DNA of 61,231 bases, the filler included, from Nemertoderma westbladi (lineage: Eukaryota; Animalia; Xenacoelomorpha), in assembly GCA_032718475.1 (NCBI GenBank). It is 3 parts of 3 records of this genome, joined end to end, with 100 filler letters (N's around TTAATTAATTAA, not from the genome) between each part and the next. Parts side by side here need not be neighbours in the genome. Positions count along the whole stretch, not along the records: positions 1 to 31,415 come from JAUCBJ010003492.1; positions 31,516 to 54,276 come from JAUCBJ010003022.1; 1 more part is not named here. The stretch is one strand, 5' to 3'. The notes under the pieces were generated by a model. It saw only the letters and a list, made by a program, of their open reading frames with translations. It made no database searches and had not been told where the DNA came from. This document shows, one piece after another, positions 26,801 through 38,700 of this stretch (positions within the stretch are counted from its first letter, which is position 1; each line of letters begins with the position of its first letter). Both the position numbers and the translations under genes were made by a program.

Positions 26801-29800
26801 CTTCCAACACATCCGGTACGGTAGCTAACAAACTCACCCGAACCATTCACTCCCTCTGTCTCTTCCAACACATCCGGTAGGGTGGTTAACAAACTCACCC
26901 GAACCATTCAATCTCTCTGTCTCTTCCAACACATCCGGTACGGTGGTAGTTAACAGACTCACCCGAACCATTTCTCTCTCTGTCTCTTCCAACACATCCG
27001 GTACGGTGGTAGTTAACAGACTCACCCGAACCATTCACTCTCTCTGTCTCTTCCAACACATCCGGTACGGTAGTTAACAGACTCACCCAAACCATTCACT
27101 CTCTCTGTCTCTGCCAACACATCCGGTACGGTAGCTAACAAACTCACCCGAACCATTCACTCTCTCTGTCTCTTCCAACACATCCGGTACGGTAGTTAAC
27201 AAACTCGCCCGAACCATTCACTCTCTCTGTCTCTTCCAACACATTCGGTACGGTAGTTAACAAACTAACTCGAACCATACACTCTCTCTGTCTCTTCCAA
27301 CACATCCGGTACGGTAGTTAACAAACTCACCCGAACCATACACTCTCTCTGTCTCTTCCAACACATCCGGTACGGTAGTTAACAAACGCACCCGAACCAT
27401 ACACTCTCTCTGTCTCTTCCAACACATCCGGTACGGTAGTTAACAAACTCACCCGAACCATTCACTCTCTCTGTCTCTTCCAACACATTCGGTACGGTAG
27501 TTAACAATCTCACCTGAACCATTCACTCTCTCTGTCTCTTCCAACACATTCGGTACGGTAGTTAACAAACTCACCCGAACCATTCACTCTCTCGGTCTCT
27601 TCCAACACATCCGGTACGGTAGTTAACAAACTCACTCGAACCATTCACTCTCTCTCTGTCTCTTCCAACACATTCGGCACGGTAGTTAACAAACTCACCC
27701 GAACCATTCACTCTCTCTGTCTCTTCCAACACATTCGGTACGGTAGTTAACAAACTCACCCGAACCATTCACTCTCTCTGTCTCTTCCAACACATCCGGT
27801 ACGGTAGTTGACAAACTCACCCGAACCATACACTCTATCTGTCTCTTCCAACACATCCGGTACGGTAGTTAACAAACTCCCCCGAACCATACACTCTCTC
27901 TGTCTCTTCCAACACATCCGGTACGGTAGTTAACAAACTCACCCGAACCATTCACTCTCTCTGTCTCTTCCAACACATTCGGTACGGTAGTTAACAAACT
28001 CACCCGAACCATTCACTCTCTCTGTCTCTTCCAACACATCCGGTACGGTAGTTAACAAACTCACTCGAACCATTCACTCTCTCTGTATCTTCCAACACAT
28101 CCGGCACGGTAGCTAACGAACTCACCCGAACCATTCACTCTCTCTGTCTCTTCCAACACATCCGGTACGGTAGCTAACAGACTCACTTGAACTATTCACT
28201 CTCTCTGACACTTCCAACACATCCGGTACGGTAGTTAACAAACTCACCCGAACCATTCACTCTCTCTGTCTCTTCCAACACATCCGGTACGGTAATTAAC
28301 AAACTCACTCGAACCATTCACTCTCTCTGTCTCTTCCAACACATCCGGTACGGTAGTAAACAGACTCAACCAAACCATTCACTCTCTCTGTCTCTTCCAA
28401 CACATACGGTACGGTAGCTAACAAACTCACCCGAACCATTCACTCTCTCTGTCTCTTCAAACACATCCGGTACGGTAGTTAACAAACTCACCCGAACCAT
28501 TCACTCTCTCTGTCTCTTCCAACACATCCGGTACGGTAGCTAACAAATTCACCCGAACCATTCACTCGCTCTGTCTCTTCCAACACATCCGGTAGGGTGG
28601 TTAACAAACTCACCCGAACCATTCACTCTCTCTGTCTCTTCCAACACATCCGGTAGGGTGGTTAACAAACTCACCCGAACCATTCACTCTCTCTGTCTCT
28701 TCCAACACATCCAGTACCGGTAGCTAACAGACTCAACCAAACCATTCACTCTCTCTGTCTCTTCCAACACATCCGGTACGGTAGCTAACAAACTCACCCG
28801 AACCATTCATTCTCTCTGTCTCTTCCAACACATCCGGTACGGTAGTAAACAGATTCACCCAAACCATTCACTCTCTCTGTCTCTTCCAACACATCAGGGT
28901 AGGGTAGTTAACAAACTCACCCGAACCCTTCATCTCTCTGTCTCTTCCAACACATCCAGTACCGGTAGCTAACAGACTCACCCGAACTATTCACTCTCTC
29001 TGTCTCTTCCAACACATCCGGTACGGTAGTTAACAGACTCACCCGAACCATACAATCTCTCTGTTTCTTCCAACACATCCGGTACGGTAGTAAACAGATT
29101 CACCCAAACCATTCACTCTCTCTGTCTCTTCCAATACATCCGGTACGGTAGCTAACAAACTCACCCGAACCATACACTCTCTCTGTCTCTTCCAACACAT
29201 CCGGTACGGTAGTTAACAAACGCACCCGAACCATACACTCTCTCTGTCTCTTCCAACACATCCGGTACGGTAGTTAACAAACTCACCCGAACCATTCACT
29301 CTCTCTGTCTCTTCCAACACATTCGGTACGGTAGTTAACAATCTCACCTGAACCATTCACTCTCTCTGTCTCTTCCAACACATTCGGTACGGTAGTTAAC
29401 AAACTCACCCGAACCATTCACTCTCTCGGTCTCTTCCAACACATCCGGTACGGTAGTTAACAAACTCACTCGAACCATTCACTCTCTCTCTGTCTCTTCC
29501 AACACATTCGGCACGGTAGTTAACAAACTCACCCGAACCATTCACTCTCTCTGTCTCTTCCAACACATTCGGTACGGTAGTTAACAAACTCACCCGAACC
29601 ATTCACTCTCTCTGTCTCTTCCAACACATCCGGTACGGTAGTTGACAAACTCACCCGAACCATACACTCTATCTGTCTCTTCCAACACATCCGGTACGGT
29701 AGTTAACAAACTCCCCCGAACCATACACTCTCTCTGTCTCTTCCAACACATCCGGTACGGTAGTTAACAAACTCACCCGAACCATTCACTCTCTCTGTCT

Positions 29801-31415
29801 CTTCCAACACATTCGGTACGGTAGTTAACAAACTCACCCGAACCATTCACTCTCTCTGTCTCTTCCAACACATCCGGTACGGTAGTTAACAAACTCACTC
29901 GAACCATTCACTCTCTCTGTATCTTCCAACACATCCGGCACGGTAGCTAACGAACTCACCCGAACCATTCACTCTCTCTGTCTCTTCCAACACATCCGGT
30001 ACGGTAGCTAACAGACTCACTTGAACTATTCACTCTCTCTGACACTTCCAACACATCCGGTACGGTAGTTAACAAACTCACCCGAACCATTCACTCTCTC
30101 TGTCTCTTCCAACACATCCGGTACGGTAATTAACAAACTCACTCGAACCATTCACTCTCTCTGTCTCTTCCAACACATCCGGTACGGTAGTAAACAGACT
30201 CAACCAAACCATTCACTCTCTCTGTCTCTTCCAACACATCAGGGTAGGGTAGTTAACAAACTCACCCGAACCCTTCATCTCTCTGTCTCTTCCAACACAT
30301 CCAGTACCGGTAGCTAACAGACTCACCCGAACTATTCACTCTCTCTGTCTCTTCCAACACATCCGGTACGGTAGTTAACAGACTCACCCGAACCATACAA
30401 TCTCTCTGTTTCTTCCAACACATCCGGTACGGTAGTAAACAGATTCACCCAAACCATTCACTCTCTCTGTCTCTTCCAACACATCAGGGTAGGGTAGTTA
30501 ACAAACTCACCCGAACCATTCATCTCTCTGTCTCTTCCAACACATCCAGTACGGTAGTTAACAAACTCACCCGAACCCTTCATCTCTCTGTCTCTTCCAA
30601 CACATCCAGTACCGGTAGCTAACAGACTCACCCGAACTATTCACTCTCTCTGTCTCTTCCAACACATCCGGTACGGTAGTTAACAGACTCACCCGAACCA
30701 TACAATCTCTCTGTTTCTTCCAACACATCCGGTACGGTAGTAAACAGATTCACCCAAACCATTCACTCTCTCTGTCTCTTCCAACACATCAGGGTAGGGT
30801 AGTTAACAAACTCACCCGAACCATTCATCTCTCTGTCTCTTCCAACACATCCAGTACCGGTAGCTAACAGACTCACCCGAACTATTCACTCTCTCTGTCT
30901 CTTCCAACACATCCGGTACGGTAGTTAACAGACTCACCCGAACCATACAATCTCTCTGTCTCTTCCAACACATCCAGTACCGGTAGTTAACAAACTCACT
31001 CGAATCATTCACTCTCTCTGTCTCTTCCAACACATCCAATACCGGTACCTAACAAACTCACCCAAACCATTCAATCTCTCTGTCTCTTCCAACACATCCG
31101 GTGTGGTAGTTAACAAACTCACCCGAACCATTCACTCTCTCTGTCTCTTCCAGCATATCCGGTACGGTAGTTAACAAACTCACCCGAACCATTCACTCTC
31201 TCTGTCTCTTCCAACACATCCGGTACGGTAGTTAACAAACTCACCCGAACCATTCACTCTCTCTGTCTCTTCCAGCATATCCGGTACGGTAGTTAACAAA
31301 CTCACCCGAACCATTCACTCTCTCTGTCTCTTCCAACACATCCGGTGTGGTAGTTAACAAACTCACCCGAACCATTCACTCTCTCTGTCTCTTCCAGCAT
31401 ATCCGGTACGGTAGT
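11841..31415 (-). repeat. 61-bp satellite array, ~320 copies, with higher-order repeats; runs off the contig end
   Basis: Minus-strand consensus GTGAGTTTGTTAACTACCGTACCGGATGTGTTGGAAGAGACAGAGAGAGTGAATGGTTCGG. Register shifts by 1 nt per 60-nt line, giving period 61. Confidence 0.98.
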
Positions 31416-31515
31416 NNNNNNNNNNNNNNNNNNNNNNNNNNNNNNNNNNNNNNNNNNNNTTAATTAATTAANNNNNNNNNNNNNNNNNNNNNNNNNNNNN
31501 NNNNNNNNNNNNNNN
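31416..31515. other. Artificial contig linker (44N-TTAATTAATTAA-44N)
   Basis: 100-bp gap with a six-frame stop linker at 31460-31471. Confidence 0.97.
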
Positions 31516-32595
31516 AAATATTCATATTGCAATATAGGTACTCGAATGAATTCGCTGCTTCTTCGTGGGACTGGACTCAATCTAAACTTCTAATGTTTGC
31601 CGCTAGAGGGCTAAATGTTTGAATGTGAAAACCTTCTCTCATTCGGTTATTTGTTATATATATTATAGCTGCTCGACCATCCATTTAAAAAAGGTATCTC
31701 CGACGATATTTCACCAGTCGTACTGCAGTTATTCTTCAATCTTATAGTGATTTGTTTGCCTTTTGCGAAATCGCACCCTCCGTATCGTGGCCATTCTTCA
31801 CATTACTGTAGTCGCAATATCAAGAGAAAGCCAAAACAGACTAAAACAGACAGCAAAAACAGACATACTAATACTAACTACTTAATTTAATTTTTAACTT
31901 ACTCAAGGACTTATTACAACAACAATTTTCATCACATAGCGAGGACCCCCATGGAAACGAGACGCAGTCTCATGGGGCTATCCTCGTCGACAAATCATTA
32001 TTATTCAATGTTTTAGAGTTACTGTACCGTGCAATTATGTATATCATATGGCCATCTTATTTTCAGTTCAGTAACATATTAAAATACTTATTTATAAACA
32101 TACAGTAGAGACATTTCTAACCTATTTTAAATTGGACCATTTTATTTTCAGTAACATATTTCAATATTTTATATAAATATATACAGTAATATACATATAT
32201 ATTACAGATGTAGAATACTAGAGTATATACAGATGTCTAATGAACAATTAATATATCTGATTGAAGGTCTTTGCATTGGCTTGTTGGTACTTTTGTTGTT
32301 CTGTTAACTATTTTATTATGTTATCGTTATTGTTCATATTTTAATTGCGTAAATTTTAGCTGATTTGCATGACGTCTAATAAAAAATTCCAATTCCAAAG
32401 CCTGAGTTGCAAAGGATTCTAAATATGTACCGGTAACAATATCTGAATTTCGTTGAGAAACAACTGAGATATAGGCGTTCAAAGATTGCAAGAATTATCG
32501 TTCGCTGAAGGCCATTTATTCTATTTAATAAATACACAATGTTCTGGAACATTTTGTTTAAGTATGAATAGCTAAGCAATAAAGATATTGTATAG

Positions 32596-33679
32596 GGGGC
32601 CGTCCAAGTATGACGTCTGCACTTTTCCCCAAAATGTTGACCCCCTATCCCCTAAATCAGATGTCATCAGATAGGCGTTGACCCCCACCCCCCCCCCCCC
32701 CCACCCCCCACTAAAAAAAATTTCGCGTCCTAATCACTGAAACATGGTGACTGGTAACTGAAACAGAAGGTCGTGCTATGGGCCTTCGGGGGCTTCGAAC
32801 AATTAAAATAGGCAAGCTATTTACTCTTCTGCTATATCTCTTCTAGCACCTATAAATGAACATGCTGACGTCAGATTTTGGCTGACTCCCTCCCCTCCCC
32901 TCAACAGCAGGGAATATTGTGTTTGGTACACACCTATTTCAATTTCAAAATTTTTAATAAAAAAAAATGAATGAATGAATGAATGAATGAATTTCGCAGA
33001 TATAGGTGTGTACCAAACGCAAAAGTGACTCACTTTAGTATTGCGTTTGGTACACACCAATTTATTAAGAAAAAAAAGACAATTTTGGATATTTTTTATA
33101 AGAATGTAGAAAATTTAAGGAAAAGAAAAACATCAATTGTAATTGGATAAATATAAAAAAAAATTAACTAATTAAGAGAAAGTTACACATAAAAGAATAA
33201 ATCACAGTAGTAGAGTTCTTTAAACGAAAAAGTTCAATTAACAGTTTCATTTGTTAACTGATTGCAGTGAATGCGCAGCCAAGCAACAAAGGGAGTGTGG
33301 GTTTCTGCTATCGCGTCCGCAGTTGCCAAGAAAAGTGGCAAACTGTATCTTGTTTCGGCTCACAACTTCACCTTTACAAGCGACTTGCCAAAACTGCCTT
33401 CGAAGTCGTCGCTTGAGGCCCGCATGTACAGCTTCAATATGATTAGTGTGTATTCCCGTAGCTCAGGAAAAACAGAAAATCATAAACAAGCAAGAAAATA
33501 ATATTCTAGAATAAAAAATAATCGAGTATCTAAGCTACAATTAACTATAATAAATAGTACAATGTAATAAAAATTAAACTTTGAAAAAAATTGAAATAGG
33601 TGTGTACCAAACGCAATAGAGCACATCATCACGTCATCAGATTTTCCTTAAAGTGCTGACATCATACTTGGACGGCCCC
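32596..33679. mobile_element. MITE with 3-bp TSD (PIF/Harbinger-like)
   Basis: TIR GGGGCCGTCCAAGTATGACGTCTGCACTT vs AAGTGCTGACATCATACTTGGACGGCCCC; TAG at 32593-32595 and 33680-33682. Confidence 0.8.
32915..33618 (-). mobile_element. Nested TIR element with Merlin/IS1595-type transposase C-terminal remnant
   Basis: TIR TATTGYGTTTGGTACACACCTATTTCAATT at both ends, plus two inner copies near 33000-33060. Minus strand ~33460-33247 translates TGIHTNHIEAVHAGLKRRLRR.., resembling the ISXO2/Merlin TG.HTN.IE..W..LKR motif. Confidence 0.65.
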
Positions 33680-34271
33680 TAGGCATACTGTTGTTGCCCA
33701 CCTCATGGCCTACTACAGTATACAGTATAATATCTAATGTAGGCCTATATAGTAGGCCATGCCCATCTACTCATAAAATAAATAACACATTCTAGGATTT
33801 TGTGTACCTACTAAATATAATAAATGGCCTACAGCGAACGATAATTCTTACAATCTTTGAACACTATCTCAGCTCTGTCTTACAACGAAATTCAAAATAT
33901 TGTTACATGTTTGGAATCCTTGCAACGCAAGCTTTCTATTCTTCCGTTTAAAACAGTATCACAGATTTTTGTGACTAAAGAAATATGACAGATTTTTTTA
34001 ATTCGTGGTTAGCTTAATAACATGTGTACATAAAAATATTATATTTCGTAGTGCTTAAAACAATTTTATAGCGGTAGTATCAAATATTGTAGCTATAGGC
34101 CTACGTTCAAAAATAACTGAAATAAACATTGACAGTTGAGAGTTGATATTTTAATTAAAAAAATTGATTTAAACAAAGTTAAAATTTTTGTTAATGTACA
34201 ATAAGGCCTATGTTCTGCAGAGTTGATGTCGTTCGTTACCGGTTCTCGATTCAGTTTCGGGTGTTTCAGAA

Positions 34272-34694
34272 TCAGGCATAAGGAGGAGGGGGTCCTCCCA
34301 TCCCTATTGGCGCCATCACCATCCCTTCTTGTTGTTGTTCTAGTTCCATTCGTCTACGCCGATTACTTCTGGCATACATACAACATCCGACGCAACATCC
34401 GATACAGCTCAACACAGAAATCACCAACACCACTATAATCACTGTGAAAACAGTTCTTTTCAGAGCGTCCACTTGCTTTTTGCATTCCTCGTATGTTAAA
34501 CATTTATCCTCAGTACAACAACTAATGCATATATTGTCTCTACATTCTCTGCATATTTCTTCATCCGCGTTGCAACCCGTAATTGCAGTAGAATTTACAG
34601 TAGTAGTAGTATTTGCATTGCCATCTAGTGCGGAAACTACCACAACATTTGCTGACAAAAATACATTTAATATCAATAAAGTGGATTTTATCAT
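34272..34694 (-). CDS. Small single-pass membrane protein (140 aa): signal peptide, Cys-rich ectodomain, Cys-rich TM end, C-terminal PPPPY (Shisa-like/WBP1/CYYR1-type architecture)
   Basis: From ATG 34694: MIKSTLLILNVFLSANVVVVSA, N-glycosylation sequons NTT/NST, CNADEEICRECRDNICISCCTEDKCLTYEEC, TM VFTVIIVVLVISVLSCIGCCVGCCMY, basic RRRR, GPPPPYA*. Confidence 0.8.
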   Translation of the reverse strand: MIKSTLLILNVFLSANVVVVSALDGNANTTTTVNSTAITGCNADEEICRECRDNICISCCTEDKCLTYEECKKQVDALKRTVFTVIIVVLVISVLSCIGCCVGCCMYARSNRRRRMELEQQQEGMVMAPIGMGGPPPPYA

Positions 34695-35299
34695 AATCAC
34701 TTTTCCGTCATCTATTTCCTTGTGTGATCTACGTGTTTGATCTACAGTAGCACAAATATCATAGAAAACAAATATTACGCCACTAGTACGACGATGGGGT
34801 TGGAACAATAATAATACCTCACTCTATCTCTACCATTTTTTAAAACAATTACATACCGGTAAATAACGTGTTCTAGAACATTCTCCAATCGCAAAGTAAC
34901 AAATAAGAGCTTTGTATTAAAGATTTGTAGAGGGAGGTCGTTATCGCGAAATAGTCACAAAAAATCATGAAAAATGATATATTTACATGTTAGCATTTGT
35001 TTTTATTTTTATTAAAAATATAATATTAGATCAAACATAGTTGTTTTCTCAGATGAGTGCGGAACTGGTGCAAAGGGATACGGAACTAGTGCAGAACGGA
35101 GGAACAGTGGAGAGCAACACGGAACGGATGGTGGAGTGGAATACGGAACCGTTATATAGAATTAGAAAAATCGTTCCATAAATATATAGTATGTCATGAA
35201 TCATTCATTATCATATAGAAACCCACCGTTAAGAGCCAACATGGATTACGACTTAATTAATAGATACGACTTAATTAAAACAATAGCTCTGATACTAGG

Positions 35300-35750
35300 A
35301 GATAATTAAATCCAAGAACCTCCTCCAGTTCTAACATTTTGTAGACTTCAAGAAAGCACAGAGGGGAATTGCTGGAAATCCTAATAGCATATGGAATACC
35401 GTTGCTGGAATTGCATTGATATATTGTGACGAAAATGCTCAGGTACTCTCATCTGATGGTGAGATTTGCATTGTTAATGAAAAATACATATAAGTTAGGA
35501 AAGCAAAGGCATGGGGTGGGTAGCTCTATCAAAAATGGATCTGGAAATCAGACTTCTCACGTTACCTGAAAACTAAGTTATTTTGAGCCACACAGTGGAA
35601 AGTGTACTTATACGGGGGTGAGACCTGGAAACTGACTAAATCACTTGAACAACGAATTGATGGTTGCTACACAAGACTACTCAGGGCAGCCCTAAACATC
35701 AGATGGAGACAACACATGACAAACGCCGAGCTCTATGGTACAATTCCAAA
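35300..35750 (+). mobile_element. Deleted fragment of RTE-like LINE (same family as the host at 38202-39080)
   Basis: 35490-35745 is nearly identical to 38668-38930; 35340-35460 resembles 36153-36250. Confidence 0.75.
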
Positions 35751-35779
35751 GAAATATTAAAAGCATGTCCAATAATAAA

Positions 35780-38700
35780 GCGAGTGGATTAGATGAAATC
35801 CCAGCGGGGGTATGGAAAACCGGAGTGCTAAACAATCATTATTGAATGTTTGCAACCGGATGTTAAAAAGGGAAAAGCCACCACCAATTTGGACTAAAGG
35901 CGAACTAAAGCCTCTCCCCAAGAAAGGAGACCTCGGCATACCAACAAACTATCGTGGGATCTGTCTGCTTGTGGTATCTGCCAAAATATACAATAAAATG
36001 ATTCTATATAGGATTACGCCTCACATAGAGAAACTACTGCGTAAGAGCCAAAACGGATTTCGACCAAGTAGATCAACAATAGCACAGATACTTGCACTAC
36101 GGAGACTGATTGAAGGAATTAAGTCATAGAATCTCCCCGCAGTCATGACTTTTGTGGACTTCAAGAAAGCATTAGACTCCATCCATAGAGGCAAAATGCT
36201 TGAAATCCTAAGAGCTTATGGAATACCAGAAGTAATTGTTGCTGGCATTGGATACTACTACTACTAGGTTCGGTGCAGTATGCTGCATTGCAGCTGCATT
36301 TTTAAGAATGCTGTGCCGGCTTGTCGACAAAATTGCGCCGCCACAACTCCCTATCACCCATGACAATTGCTAGATCATCCGCCAGTGTCAGTGTCCTTTA
36401 AGATGCGTCTCAAGAAAGTCATGGACTGTCCCCCAGGCTTATTCACTCCTTGAGGCTGCCAAAGTACAAGATTATGCACTGGCTGGTCCTCACGGCGAAA
36501 GCAATGTCCTGCAAAGCGGAGGCGATTTTGTTCTAGTATCAAGCTTGGTGGAACCAATGAGACACCTCCAATGTTATATAGTGTCTGGTTGGAGATGTGT
36601 GCATTGTACTTGACACAATGAACCCGGCGTAGCATTCTTGTGAATGTGCCATCCAGAGATTTTGTGTCCTCAGCAGTTAGATCCCAGCATGGACTCCCAT
36701 AGAGGAGTACTGGAACTACTGCTGCTCTAAATAATCGGACCTTAAGTTTCCGATTAATTCTCGTTGACTTCCAAATCCTGGAAAGCCTATTCAAGGCTGC
36801 CCATGCCTTTCCCTTACGTATTCGAAGGTCCTCACTTGACTTCCGGATCCATGATCCCAGGTAAGAGAAGTCGTCAACATGCTCAAGCATACCATCCTTT
36901 GAGCTTATGCTCATCCGATCAGAGACTTGCTGAGGACTTTCAAAGTTAACTGTCAAAATTTTGGTCTTTCTGGAGTTAATAAAAATACCAACACTAGAAG
37001 CAGCATGTTCTAATGAGCTGAGGAGCCGTTGGGCTCCCTCTAGTGATTCTGAGAGTACTCATAAGTCATCAGCAAAGTCTAGATCAGTTAGGTACTTGGC
37101 AGGATTTCCTCGACTTCTGGAGCCAGTAGGTGGAGTTATCAACACCCCATCATTATTATGATGATCTAAGGACATGCGTAGAACATAGTTAACCACAATT
37201 ATGAACAATAATGGTGCAAGTGTGTCTCCCTGGAGGACGCCCCATAACACCTCAAATGGTTCAGTGTCACCGCCAACAGTAGACACAAATGTTGTCGAAC
37301 CATCGTATACTGATCTGATTGCTGTAATAATTTCATCAGGAATCCCACATAATGAAAGTATGCTGAACATACGTGAGCGAGAGACTGAATCAAAGGCCTT
37401 GAAGAAGTCAACAAAGATAACAGCCAGATGCCTGTCTTTCTTTTTTTGATAACTCTTCAATTATCCTTCTAACTGCCAAAATGGGCTCCATGGTCCCACG
37501 ACCTTTACGGAACCCATTCTGATTTCCACGGAGCAGTCTCTCAATGGGATCCCTGATGCGATTTAATAAAATTCTATGGTGTAGCTTTGCAGCAATCGAG
37601 ATCAATGAGATTCCCCGACAATAACCATAGAGTGTTAGGTTGCCCTTCTTGAGAACTGGCACCAACTTATTTGTTTTCATTTCTTGTGGGACTCTTGTTG
37701 TTCGGTACATGTCTACTATGATGAGATAGATGAGCTTTAAACACTCAGGTATTTTAAAGACCTCAGGGGGAACACCATCTACTCCACTGGCACGATTGGT
37801 CTTAATGCTCTTTGCAGCAGCCTTCACTTCTGCAAAGGAGATATCGCCAATTGGAATATTTCGGAGTACAGACTCAGACACTTTTACTTCTATAAACTTA
37901 TCAGGCGATACCCTGTCATTATTGGGGAGCTTTTCAAAGTGGGCCTTCCAACCATTGAGGCGATCGGCTGGTGATTCAGCCTTAACCTTGGTGGTTGGTT
38001 GGCTTTTCCGCCCAGTAAGCAAGTAGATCGATTTCCATGCCTGGGATGATTGCCTGCTGTCGTCAGCATCATTGATGGCATCAACCTGTTGGTTTATTAG
38101 CTCCTGTAGATTAACAGAGTACTGCCTGTTCAGGGACCGAGATGCAGCCTTAACTGTATTCTTGGCCGCTGTAGTCTGTTTGAGTCGGGTCGGGCATTGG
38201 ACACAGTGGATATTGTGACACAGAAGCGCAAGAGTTTTTCGAGTTGAGTGGAGTTGAGTTTTTCTCAATCCTGGCTGGCGTACTGCAAGGTGACACATTA
38301 GCACCATTACTATTTGTAATTGTGCTGGATTACGCAATTAGGACGGCCACAAAGGGTGAAGATCTGGGATTCACACTTCAAGACTGCAGAAGTAGTAGAT
38401 ATCCGGCATCTGCAGTCACAGACACCGACTTTGCGGATGACATCGCCCTGCTCTCTAATACGCTAGCAGATGCACAGCTTCTACCAAATAAAGTGGAGAG
38501 GGCTCGGCTGCTAAGGAGGTTGGATTGCATATAAATGCTACCAAGACCGAATTCATGACCTTTAATGTTGATGGAAACTTGACAACCATTGATAATAATC
38601 AACTAAGGAAGGTCGACGACTTCCAGTACCTTGGATCATGGATAGAGAGTAGCAAAAAGGACATAGAAGTTAGGAAAGCAAAGGCTTGGGTAGCTCTATC

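Noticed and set aside
11805-31039. Dozens of short ORFs (MVRVSLLTT.., MVVNRLTRT..) as genes
   Set aside because: Products of a 61-bp period, which is not a multiple of 3, so frames rotate and stop within about 3 units.
11841-31415. CRISPR array
   Set aside because: The whole 61-bp unit repeats with no unique spacers, there are no cas genes, and the context is eukaryotic.
37408-38337. Single 309-aa protein
   Set aside because: The ORF crosses the insertion junction at ~38192; its N-terminus is antisense host-LINE sequence.
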